A stretch of DNA of 64,000 nt from Elusimicrobia bacterium GWC2_64_44. Lineage in GTDB: Bacteria > Elusimicrobiota > Elusimicrobia > Elusimicrobiales > UBA9959. Below, one piece after another: positions 36,440-44,752 of this stretch. The notes under the pieces are model-generated. The model did not search any database, had not been told where the DNA came from, and saw nothing but the letters and a program-made list of their open reading frames with translations. Made by a program: the position numbers and the translations under genes. Numbering within the stretch: the stretch's first letter is position 1; each line of letters opens with the position of its first letter. The stretch is from the NCBI GenBank assembly GCA_001799845.1, contig MGUG01000044.1, forward strand, positions 20 through 64,019, given 5' to 3'.

Positions 36440-37822
36440 TTAAAACGGCGGGCAGTCCGGGTCGTTGGTGCGCGGCGAGACCGCCAGCGGCTTGCTGCGC
36501 CCGGCGTTCACCGCGGCCACGGCCTTGAGCGTCAGCCCGTAGGCGCCGCGGTAATCCAGCCCGTCGCAGCGCCAGCCCTTCACCGGCGTCCCGGCCAGGT
36601 TCAGGTAGCGCGCCGGCTCCCGGGCGGCCAGGTCCAGCATCTCGCGCGAAGCCCCGAAGGTGCAGAAATAAGCGCTGTGAAAAGGCCGCGCGCGCACGAA
36701 GGCCGCTGTCTCCAGGGCCGTGGCTTCCGTCTCGCCGGGAAAGCCTATGATGAAGTTGCCGTGCACGCTTATCCCCGCCTCGAAAGCCCGCGCCAGCCCC
36801 AGCTCCACCGCCGCCCTGTCCATGCCGCGGCGCATGGCCGCCAGCAGGCCGTCGTGGATGGATTCTATGCCCATGAAGATCTCAGTACAGCCCGCGGCCG
36901 CCATCTCGCGGGCGAGCCCCGCGTCGCGGGCGAAGGCGTCGGGCCTGGCGAAGCACTTCCACTTTACGCGCAGGCCGGCGGCCCGCATCTCGGCGCAGAG
37001 CTGCCGGACGAAGGCGGGGTCCGAGGTGAGCGAGGAATCCACGAACTCGAATTTTTTTACGCCGCGCTCCCGCCGCACCGCGGCCAGCTCGGCCGCCACG
37101 TCGGCGGCGGGGCGGAACGCCTGGCAGCCGCGGCCGGGGAAATCGCAGAAGGCGCAGTTGAACCGGCAGCCGCGCGAGGCCTCCACCGGGTAGCTGCGCG
37201 CCAGCGTGGACGCGGCGGACCAGTCTGGCGGCAGCACGCGGGGTATGCCCTCGTAGCGCAGGCTGCCGGCCGCGCTGAGCCCGCCGCCGGGCACGGCCGT
37301 GACCCCGGGAACCTGCGGCAGCGGCACGCCTTTCTTAAGCTCAAGCACCACCTCGGCCAGGCGGCGCTCGCCGTGGCCGGTTATCCACAGGTCGCCCTGC
37401 GCCCGTATTTCCGCGGAGGCGGCCGCGCCGTGGCCGCCCAGTATGATGACGGTGCCGGGGCTCAGGCGCCTGATCTCGGAGGTGATGCGCGCCAGGAAAA
37501 CAGGGTCGAAGATGGCCACGGTGGTGACGGCGGCGGCCAGCGGGCGGCGCGCCAGCAGCCGGCGCAAGCGCGGGCCCTGCCAGGGCAGCGTCGGCCTGCA
37601 GACGGTCTCCACGGAGAGCCCCGCGGCCTTGGCCTGCGCGGAGAGCAGCGGCACAGCCAGCTTGGGCGGCACCACCGCCCAGCGCAGCAAAGCCATGCCC
37701 AGGTTGAAGAGGGCGCTGTTGGGATTGTAGACCCCGGCCGAGCCGCGCGGGGGCTGCGACGGGCGGAAGATCTCCTCCTCGTCGTCTATCAGCAGCAGGT
37801 CCAGCGCGTTAGCGGGAGTCAT
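36440..37822 (-). CDS. B12-binding-domain radical SAM protein
   Basis: 460 aa. N-terminal Rossmann-like region VIILGGHGAA. Cluster motif ASRGCRFNCAFCDF. Confidence 0.75.
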   Translation of the reverse strand: MTPANALDLLLIDDEEEIFRPSQPPRGSAGVYNPNSALFNLGMALLRWAVVPPKLAVPLLSAQAKAAGLSVETVCRPTLPWQGPRLRRLLARRPLAAAVTTVAIFDPVFLARITSEIRRLSPGTVIILGGHGAAASAEIRAQGDLWITGHGERRLAEVVLELKKGVPLPQVPGVTAVPGGGLSAAGSLRYEGIPRVLPPDWSAASTLARSYPVEASRGCRFNCAFCDFPGRGCQAFRPAADVAAELAAVRRERGVKKFEFVDSSLTSDPAFVRQLCAEMRAAGLRVKWKCFARPDAFARDAGLAREMAAAGCTEIFMGIESIHDGLLAAMRRGMDRAAVELGLARAFEAGISVHGNFIIGFPGETEATALETAAFVRARPFHSAYFCTFGASREMLDLAAREPARYLNLAGTPVKGWRCDGLDYRGAYGLTLKAVAAVNAGRSKPLAVSPRTNDPDCPPF

Positions 37823-37906
37823 CTACCCGTATTATAGCCCACGCCGCGGGGCCGCGCAACCCCCGCGCCCTTGCGGAGCGTGGCGGGCATTTAGGATAAT
37901 GAAAAC

Positions 37907-38407
37907 ATGCGAAGAGTGTTCAAAGCCGAGGAATACCTCGTCAAGACCGAGAAGGCGGCCGTCGTGACGCTGATCTTCGCCATGGTGGCGCTGTCCTTCA
38001 TGCAGGTGCTGCTGCGGCTGCTCTTCCACTCGGGCATAGTCTGGCTGGACCCGCTGCTGCGGCATATGGTGCTGTGGGCCGGGCTCATCGGCGCGGCGCT
38101 GTCGGCGCGCTACGCGCACCACTTCGCGCTCGAGGCCTTCGTCAAATTCGCCCCCAAGTACATGCACCGCCCGCTCGACGTCTTCGCGGCCCTGTTCACC
38201 ACGGCGGCCTCGGCGCTGCTGTTCTACGCCTCCTACAAATTCATCCGCGACGAGTTCACGGCCGGCGCGGTGGCCTTCTACATAAACAGGTTCACGGTCA
38301 AGGCCGGCTGGGCCGAGCTGATCATCCCCATTTCTTTCGCCCTCATCGGCCTCCATACCCTGATAGGAATTTTCCGGCCCAAAGACCACCAGGAAGGACC
38401 CTTCTGA
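37907..38407 (+). CDS. dctQ: TRAP transporter small permease (DctQ family)
   Basis: 166 aa with four hydrophobic helices. Its stop overlaps the dctM start. Confidence 0.75.
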   Translation: MRRVFKAEEYLVKTEKAAVVTLIFAMVALSFMQVLLRLLFHSGIVWLDPLLRHMVLWAGLIGAALSARYAHHFALEAFVKFAPKYMHRPLDVFAALFTTAASALLFYASYKFIRDEFTAGAVAFYINRFTVKAGWAELIIPISFALIGLHTLIGIFRPKDHQEGPF

Positions 38408-39666
38408 TGGGCTTCGTAATAGGCCTGCTGATAGTCCTGCTAGCCTTCCTGGGCTCGCCGGTGTTCACGCTCATCGGCGGCGGGGCCATCTTCCTCTTCG
38501 CCGCGGCCGGCATAGACTCTTCCGCCGTCATCGTGGAGATGCTGCGCCTGGCCTCCCTGCCCGCGCTCATCGCCATCCCGCTGTTCACTTTCTCCGGCTA
38601 TATCCTGGCCGAGAGCAAGGCGCCGCACCGCATGCTGAACCTGGCCGAGGCGCTGTTCGGCACCATGCCCGGCGGCCTCGCCATCGTGGCGCTGTTCACC
38701 ACGGCGCTGTTCACGGCCTTCACCGGCGCCTCCGGCGTCACCATCATAGCGCTGGGCGGCCTGCTCTACCCGATGCTGTCCAAGCAGGGCTACCCGGAAA
38801 AGTTCACGCTGGGCCTGCTCACCACCACCGGCAGCCTGGGCCTGTTGTTCCCTCCCAGCCTGCCCATCATCCTCTACGGCATAGTGGCCAAGATCGACAT
38901 AGACCGCCTGTTCCGCGCCGGCCTGCTGCCTGGCCTGCTGCTGCTGGCCGCGCTATCGGTCTACGCCTTCTTCACCGCCCGGAAGGCCGGGGTCAAGAGC
39001 ATCCCTTTCTCCAAGGCGGCGCTCAAGAAAGCGGTGAGGGAGATAGCCTGGGAGCTGCCGCTGCCCTTCCTTATAATAGGGGGCATTTACCGCGGCCTGT
39101 TCACCGCCAGCGAAGCCGCGAGCGTAATGGCCTTCTACGTCATCATCACGGAAGTCTTCATCTATAAGGACCTGCACTTCTTCCGCGACATCCCACGCGT
39201 GGCCGTAAAGAGCATGCTGCTGGTGGGCGCCATCTTCATGGTTCTGGGCACCGCGCTCGGCTTCACCAATTACCTGATAGACGCGCAGATCCCCGACCAG
39301 ATCTTTGCCTGGCTGCACACCTACGTCTCGAGCAAGGTGGTCTTCCTCATCCTGCTCAACGCCTTCCTGCTCGTCATCAACATGATAGAGATCTTCTCGG
39401 CGATAATCATCGTCGTGCCGATCATAGTGCCGGTGGCCTCGCAGTACGGCATAGACCCGGTGCACCTGGGCGTCATCTTCCTGCTGAACCTGGAGATCGG
39501 CTACATGCTGCCGCCGCTGGGGCTGAACCTCTTCCTCGCCAGTTCGCGCTTCCACAAAAAGCTGCCCACCCTCTACCGGGCCACCGGCCCCTTCCTGCTG
39601 ATCCTGCTGGCCATGCTGGCCCTCGTGACCTATCTGCCCTCGCTGAGCCTGCTGGGCGCTAACTGA
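38407..39666 (+). CDS. dctM: TRAP transporter large permease (DctM family)
   Basis: Starts MGFVIGLLIVLLAFLGSPVFTLIGG at the in-frame ATG at 38407. Polytopic, 419 aa. Confidence 0.9.
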   Translation: MGFVIGLLIVLLAFLGSPVFTLIGGGAIFLFAAAGIDSSAVIVEMLRLASLPALIAIPLFTFSGYILAESKAPHRMLNLAEALFGTMPGGLAIVALFTTALFTAFTGASGVTIIALGGLLYPMLSKQGYPEKFTLGLLTTTGSLGLLFPPSLPIILYGIVAKIDIDRLFRAGLLPGLLLLAALSVYAFFTARKAGVKSIPFSKAALKKAVREIAWELPLPFLIIGGIYRGLFTASEAASVMAFYVIITEVFIYKDLHFFRDIPRVAVKSMLLVGAIFMVLGTALGFTNYLIDAQIPDQIFAWLHTYVSSKVVFLILLNAFLLVINMIEIFSAIIIVVPIIVPVASQYGIDPVHLGVIFLLNLEIGYMLPPLGLNLFLASSRFHKKLPTLYRATGPFLLILLAMLALVTYLPSLSLLGAN

Positions 39667-39704
39667 CGCCGGGCGCCGCCCGACGCCGCGGCCTGAGGAG
39701 TTTT

Positions 39705-40538
39705 GTGACAAGTTCACCCGCAAACCTGTACCTGGACCTGCTGAAAAAAACCCTGACGTTCACCCTTTGGCCCGAGCCGCCGGCCCCGGCGGCAGATCCC
39801 GGCGCGCGGCTTTCGCTCCTCGAGCGGGCGGCTTTGGGCTATGTATCGGGCGCGCTGGAGCGCGCCGAGATAGGCCTTTTCTCCACCCGCCAGCCCTCGG
39901 AGGAGGCCCGCCGCGAGGGTCGTACCTGGCCCGCTGCCGCGCATACCATGATAGGCCTGCTCCGGCTGGACAATCTGCAGGCCTGCGTGGAGACGGCGCT
40001 GAAAGAGGGCGTGGAAGGCGACCTGATAGAGACCGGCGTCTGGCGCGGCGGCGCCAGCATCTTCATGAAGGGCGTGCTGGCCGCGCACGAGTCCACGGGC
40101 AGGAAGGTCTTCGTCGCGGACTCGTTTCGGGGCTTGCCGGAACCGGACCCAAAATACCCGGCGGACCGGGACTCCAATTTTCACACTTTTCCCGCCCTGG
40201 CAGTGCCGCTGGAGGAAGTGAAGGAAAACTTCCGCAAATACGGCCTGCTCGACGAAGGCGTCGTCTTCCTGCCGGGCTGGTTCAAGGACACGCTGTCCGA
40301 TCCCGCCATAAACAAGCTGGCCGTGATGCGCCTCGACGGCGACATGTACGGCTCCACGCTGGAAGCGCTCAACGCGCTCTACCCCAAACTCTCTCCCGGC
40401 GGCTTCTGCATCATAGACGATTACACCCTGCCCGGCTGCCGCAGGGCCGTGGACGATTTCAGGGCGGCGCACGCCGTCACCGAGGGTGTGCACGCCATAG
40501 ACTGGGCGGGCGCCTTCTGGAGAAAAGCCAAAGCCTAG
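39705..40538 (+). CDS. TylF/MycF/NovP-family O-methyltransferase
   Basis: LYLDLLKKTLT..., GDLIETGVWRGGASIFM, VADSFRGLPEP, MRLDGDMYGST and IIDDY. Confidence 0.8.
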   Translation: MTSSPANLYLDLLKKTLTFTLWPEPPAPAADPGARLSLLERAALGYVSGALERAEIGLFSTRQPSEEARREGRTWPAAAHTMIGLLRLDNLQACVETALKEGVEGDLIETGVWRGGASIFMKGVLAAHESTGRKVFVADSFRGLPEPDPKYPADRDSNFHTFPALAVPLEEVKENFRKYGLLDEGVVFLPGWFKDTLSDPAINKLAVMRLDGDMYGSTLEALNALYPKLSPGGFCIIDDYTLPGCRRAVDDFRAAHAVTEGVHAIDWAGAFWRKAKA

Positions 40539-40564
40539 CCCGAAGCCGGGCCAGACAGGAAACC

Positions 40565-41749
40565 ATGAAAATAGAAATCAGCGACAAGCTTAAATCCTTC
40601 CCGCCCTTCCTCTTCGAGGAGCTTTACCGCAAGGAGCGCGCCGAGCGCGCCAAGGGCCGGGACATCATCAGCCTGGCCGTGGGAGACCCGGACATTCCCA
40701 CCGACCGGCGCATAGTGGCCGACGCGGTGAGCGAGATAAAGAAAGCGCCCAACCACCGATATCCCAACACCAAGGGCAACGAGAACCTGCGCCGGGAGAT
40801 CTCCGCCTGGCATAAGCGGCGCTTCGGCCTGGACTTCCATCCCTCCGACGAGGTTTCCATCCTCATCGGCTCCAAGGAGGGCATAGCGCATCTGCCCTTC
40901 GTGCTGCTGAACGCGGGCGACTACTGCCTGATCCCGGACCCTACCTATCCCACCTACCGCACGGGCGTCATACTGGCGGGCGGGCGCATACACGACGTGC
41001 CGCTCGAAGAAAAGAACGGCTTCCTGCCGGACCTGGGCCGCATCCCGCGGAAGGTGCTGGAGAAGACCAAGCTGTTCTTCCTCAATTACCCCAACAACCC
41101 CACCGGCGCGGGCGCCACCCTGGCTTTCTACAAAGACCTGGTAAAGTGGGCCAGGAAGCACGGCGTGGTCATAGCGCAGGACGCGGCCTACTGCGACATC
41201 TATTTCGGCGAGCCGGCCCCGAGCCTCCTGCAGGTGCCGGGCGCGCGCGACGTGGCGGTGGAATTCTATTCCTCGTCGAAGACCTACTGCATGGCCGGCT
41301 GGCGCATAGGCTGGGTGGTGGGCAACTCCAAGGTGGTCTGCGCGCTCAACCAGGTGAAGGAGAACATAGATTCGGGCCCGTTCAACGCCATCCAGAACGC
41401 CGTGGCCTACGCGCTGAAGCACCACGAGCAGATAGTCCCCCCCATACGGGAGCATTTCAAGAAGCGGGCGGAGCTTTTCTGCCGGACGCTGCACGAGACC
41501 GGCTGGCGGTTCCCGGACCCGCGGGGCAGCTGCTTCGTCTGGGCGCGGCCGCCGGTGAACTGCTCCTCGCTGGACGCGGTGTATTTCATGCTCGAGCACG
41601 CGCATATCCTGACCGCGCCGGGCTCCGGCTTCGGCCGCTACGGAGAGGGCTTCGTGCGCTTCTCCCTGACCGAGCCCGACGCCAGGCTGGCCGAGGCCGC
41701 GCGCAGGGTGCGCGCGCTGGACTGGAAGAAATTAAAGGCCGGGAAATAA
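40565..41749 (+). CDS. Class I/II PLP-dependent aminotransferase (LL-diaminopimelate/aspartate aminotransferase-like)
   Basis: Starts MKIEISDKLKSFPPFLFEEL. GDPDIPT, NYPNNPTG and YSSSKTYCMAGWRIG (PLP lysine). Confidence 0.8.
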   Translation: MKIEISDKLKSFPPFLFEELYRKERAERAKGRDIISLAVGDPDIPTDRRIVADAVSEIKKAPNHRYPNTKGNENLRREISAWHKRRFGLDFHPSDEVSILIGSKEGIAHLPFVLLNAGDYCLIPDPTYPTYRTGVILAGGRIHDVPLEEKNGFLPDLGRIPRKVLEKTKLFFLNYPNNPTGAGATLAFYKDLVKWARKHGVVIAQDAAYCDIYFGEPAPSLLQVPGARDVAVEFYSSSKTYCMAGWRIGWVVGNSKVVCALNQVKENIDSGPFNAIQNAVAYALKHHEQIVPPIREHFKKRAELFCRTLHETGWRFPDPRGSCFVWARPPVNCSSLDAVYFMLEHAHILTAPGSGFGRYGEGFVRFSLTEPDARLAEAARRVRALDWKKLKAGK

Positions 41750-41794
41750 TTAGGTAGAATAACCCTGTCAGCCAGCCGGCTGACGGGGGACCTT

Positions 41795-42520
41795 ATGCGC
41801 GGCAAGATACTGCTGGTTGACGACGACAAAGCGCTTCGTACCGATTTCACGCTCTGGTACGAGGAATACGACATCACGCCCGTAGGCAGCGCCGCGGAAG
41901 GCCTGGCCCTCCTCAAGAAACCCAACGAATTCGACCTCGTCATAATGGACGTGCAGATGCCGGGCATGGACGGCCTGACCGCGCTGGAGCGCATCAAGGC
42001 CGCGGCTCCCGGCCGCAGCGTCATCATCATGACCGGCTACAGTTCCAAGGACGCCGCGATCCGCGCGCTGAAGGCCAAGGCCGACAACTTCATCGAGAAG
42101 CCCTTCGACCTCAAGACCATGCGCGCCGCCATAGAGCGGGAGCTGTCGCGCAGCCGCGGCGAGGCCAGCCCGGAAGAGATGGACCTGCCGGGCAAGGTGG
42201 ATCACGTCCGCTGGTTCCTCGAGGGCAACTGCTTCAAGAAGATCTCGCTCGACGACGCGGCCGCCACGGTCTACCTGACCCCCAAGTACCTCAGCCGCGT
42301 GTTCAGGGAGCAGACCGGCATGGGCTTCAACGAGTACCGCCTGAAGGTCAAGATGGCGCAGGCCAAGAAACTGCTGAAGACCACCGGCGTCACCGTAAAG
42401 CAGGTCTCCGCCAAGCTAGGATACGCCAACGCCGAGTCCTTCATCCGCCAGTTCGAAAAGATAACTGGCACCTCCCCGTCCGCCTACCGCCGCGGCCAGC
42501 GGCCCCCGAAAAAACGATAG
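41795..42520 (+). CDS. Response regulator with AraC-type HTH output domain
   Basis: REC domain with LLVDDD, DLVIMDVQMPGMDG and EKP. The C-terminal part has YLSRVFREQTGMGFNEYR...GYANAESFIRQFEKITGTSPSAYRR. Confidence 0.85.
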   Translation: MRGKILLVDDDKALRTDFTLWYEEYDITPVGSAAEGLALLKKPNEFDLVIMDVQMPGMDGLTALERIKAAAPGRSVIIMTGYSSKDAAIRALKAKADNFIEKPFDLKTMRAAIERELSRSRGEASPEEMDLPGKVDHVRWFLEGNCFKKISLDDAAATVYLTPKYLSRVFREQTGMGFNEYRLKVKMAQAKKLLKTTGVTVKQVSAKLGYANAESFIRQFEKITGTSPSAYRRGQRPPKKR

Positions 42521-42554
42521 TGGAAACAAGTCAGTAAAAGAGGGAGCCCGCCAA

Positions 42555-42583
42555 TTGTAACCGGCGGCCCCCGGGGCTATACT
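42555..42583 (+). promoter_or_regulatory. Sigma70-type promoter upstream of the REC-GspE gene (TTGTAA-17-TATACT)
   Basis: TTGTAA at 42555-42560, a 17-nt spacer and TATACT at 42578-42583, about 60 nt before the ATG. Confidence 0.45.
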
Positions 42584-42646
42584 ATGAGTGTAGGAAGCCG
42601 GGGGACGGCAAGCACCTGACCCTGGCAGGCGGTTGAAGGCGGGGTT

Positions 42647-44752
42647 ATGGAAAAGCATGCTCTGACAAATCCGGGCGCGGCCATCGACTCGACGTACGGC
42701 GAGCCGCGCCCCAACATTCCGGCCCGGGTCCAGTCGCCCCCCGCCGCTGGACCCGCGCCGGCTGTTCTGCGGCAGCCGGTCCCCTCGAGGACGGTGCTGG
42801 TGGTGGACGACAACAAGGACTACAGGGAGCTGGTCAAGCACCTGCTCAGCGTCCACCACTACAGCGTCCTCGAGGCGGCCAACGGCCAGGAGGCGCTCTC
42901 TGTCATAGGCCGGCAGATGCCCGACCTGGTGCTGGTGGATTTCAACATGCCCAAGATGAACGGGTATGAGATGATACAGGAAGTCCGCAGCAATTACGAG
43001 ACCCGCAAGCTGAAGATCATCATGTTCACCGGCGCCACCAACCGGCAGCACCTGCGCTCGCTGAACATGGACATCACCGATTTCCTGGAGAAGCCGGTCT
43101 CCAACTCCAAACTGCTGGAGAGCATCTCCAAAGCTTTCGGCGGCGGCGCTCCCGCCGCGCCCCCCAAGCCCCAGCCCAGGCCGGAAGTCAGGCCAGAGGC
43201 CAGGCCCGTGCCCGCCCCCGAACCCGAGGTCCTGGAGCCCGAGCCGCCCGCGCTGGCCATAGAGCGCTTCGAGACCAGCGAGCCATCGGCCCGCCCCGAG
43301 GCGCGTTACACGCCGCAGGTGGAACTGCCCCCGGAGGCCCTGCAGCCTGAGCCCGAGGCGCCGCCTGAGCCGCAGGCCGAGCCCGAACAGCAGCCGATCA
43401 CCCTCCCCGAAGCGCCGTCCGAACCGGCGCCCGAAGCCGTCCCAGAAGCGGAAGCTGTCCCCGAGCCGGAAGCGGAAACCCCGGACATGGACCTTATGCT
43501 GGGCGAGGACAACGCCGAACTGGAGATCCTGGAGAGCGGCGCCCCCCGCAAGGAAGACAAGCAGGACGCCATAGGCCTGGAGAACCTCTCCCACGACTCC
43601 CCCCTCATACAGCGCGTCAACAAGATCCTGATGGCCGCGGTGGAGATGCGCGCCTCCGACATCCACATAGAGCCCTTCGAGAACAAAGTGATGGTCCGCG
43701 TGCGCGTAGACGGCGTGCTGCGCCTGCTGACCACGCTGCCCATCGCTATCCACCAGCGGCTGACCGCCCGCATCAAGATCATGAGCAGCCTGGTCATAAC
43801 CGAGCGCCGCCTGCCGCAGGACGGCCAGTTCCGCGTGCAGATCCGCGGCAACCGCATAGAGTTCCGCGTGAGCACCCTGCCGTGCATCAAGGGCGAGAAG
43901 ATCGTCATGCGCGTGCTGGGCCAGAGCAAGCTCAACAGCAGCCTCTCGCAGCTGACCCTGACGCCGCGCGAGCTGACCGCCGTGCAGGGCTCGCTGAAGA
44001 GCTCCAACGGGCTGGTACTGGTGACCGGGCCCACCGGCAGCGGCAAGACCACCACGCTCTACACCATGATCAACGTGCTCAACAAGCCCGACGTCAATAT
44101 CATGACGGCCGAAGACCCCGTGGAGTACGAGGTCCCCAACGTCAACCAGGTGAAGATCCTCTCCAGCATCGGCCTCACCTTCGAGTCCACCCTGCGCGCC
44201 TTCCTGCGCCAGGACCCGGACATCATGCTCGTCGGCGAGATCCGCGACATGGAGACCGCCGAGATAGCCATCAAGGCCTCCATCACCGGCCACCTGGTCT
44301 TTTCCACGCTGCATACCAACAGCGCGCCGGCCACCATAGTGCGCCTCACGCACATGGGCGTGGCGCCATACCTGGTGGCGGCCAGCGTGCGGCTGGTGGT
44401 GGCCCAGCGCCTGGTGCGCACGCTTTGCCAGCACTGCCGCGGCGCGGGCGCCGTGACCCAGGAGGACAGGCAATTCCTGACCGATAAAGAGATAGCCTCC
44501 CTGAAGACCGTTTACCACCCGGTGGGCTGCAAGCACTGCAGCGGCGGCTACTCCGGGCGCAGGGCCGTTTTTGAGATCATGCCGGTGGAGACTTCGGCCA
44601 TGAGGCAGCTCATCACCACCAGCAACGACGTGGACAAACTGACCGCGCTGGCCGTCAGCGAGGGAATGACCTCGCTGCGCCAGTCGGCCCTTGACGCGGT
44701 CCGGCGGGGAGAGACCTCCCTGCAGGAAGCGTTCAAGATCATGATGGGGTGA
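42647..44752 (+). CDS. GspE/PilB-family secretion ATPase with an N-terminal response-regulator receiver domain
   Basis: 701 aa. REC domain with VVDDN, DLVLVDFNMPKMNG and EKP. A Pro/Glu-rich linker of about 130 aa. The ATPase part has RASDIHIEP, LPQDGQF, Walker A GPTGSGKTTT, AEDPVEY, LRQDPDIMLVGEIRD and the tetracysteine CQHC...CKHC. Confidence 0.9.
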   Translation: MEKHALTNPGAAIDSTYGEPRPNIPARVQSPPAAGPAPAVLRQPVPSRTVLVVDDNKDYRELVKHLLSVHHYSVLEAANGQEALSVIGRQMPDLVLVDFNMPKMNGYEMIQEVRSNYETRKLKIIMFTGATNRQHLRSLNMDITDFLEKPVSNSKLLESISKAFGGGAPAAPPKPQPRPEVRPEARPVPAPEPEVLEPEPPALAIERFETSEPSARPEARYTPQVELPPEALQPEPEAPPEPQAEPEQQPITLPEAPSEPAPEAVPEAEAVPEPEAETPDMDLMLGEDNAELEILESGAPRKEDKQDAIGLENLSHDSPLIQRVNKILMAAVEMRASDIHIEPFENKVMVRVRVDGVLRLLTTLPIAIHQRLTARIKIMSSLVITERRLPQDGQFRVQIRGNRIEFRVSTLPCIKGEKIVMRVLGQSKLNSSLSQLTLTPRELTAVQGSLKSSNGLVLVTGPTGSGKTTTLYTMINVLNKPDVNIMTAEDPVEYEVPNVNQVKILSSIGLTFESTLRAFLRQDPDIMLVGEIRDMETAEIAIKASITGHLVFSTLHTNSAPATIVRLTHMGVAPYLVAASVRLVVAQRLVRTLCQHCRGAGAVTQEDRQFLTDKEIASLKTVYHPVGCKHCSGGYSGRRAVFEIMPVETSAMRQLITTSNDVDKLTALAVSEGMTSLRQSALDAVRRGETSLQEAFKIMMG

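Noticed and set aside
37381-37389. A perfect DnaA box, TTATCCACA.
   Set aside because: It is a single occurrence inside the radical SAM coding sequence. There is no cluster, no AT-rich unwinding element and no dnaA/dnaN nearby, so it is compatible with chance.
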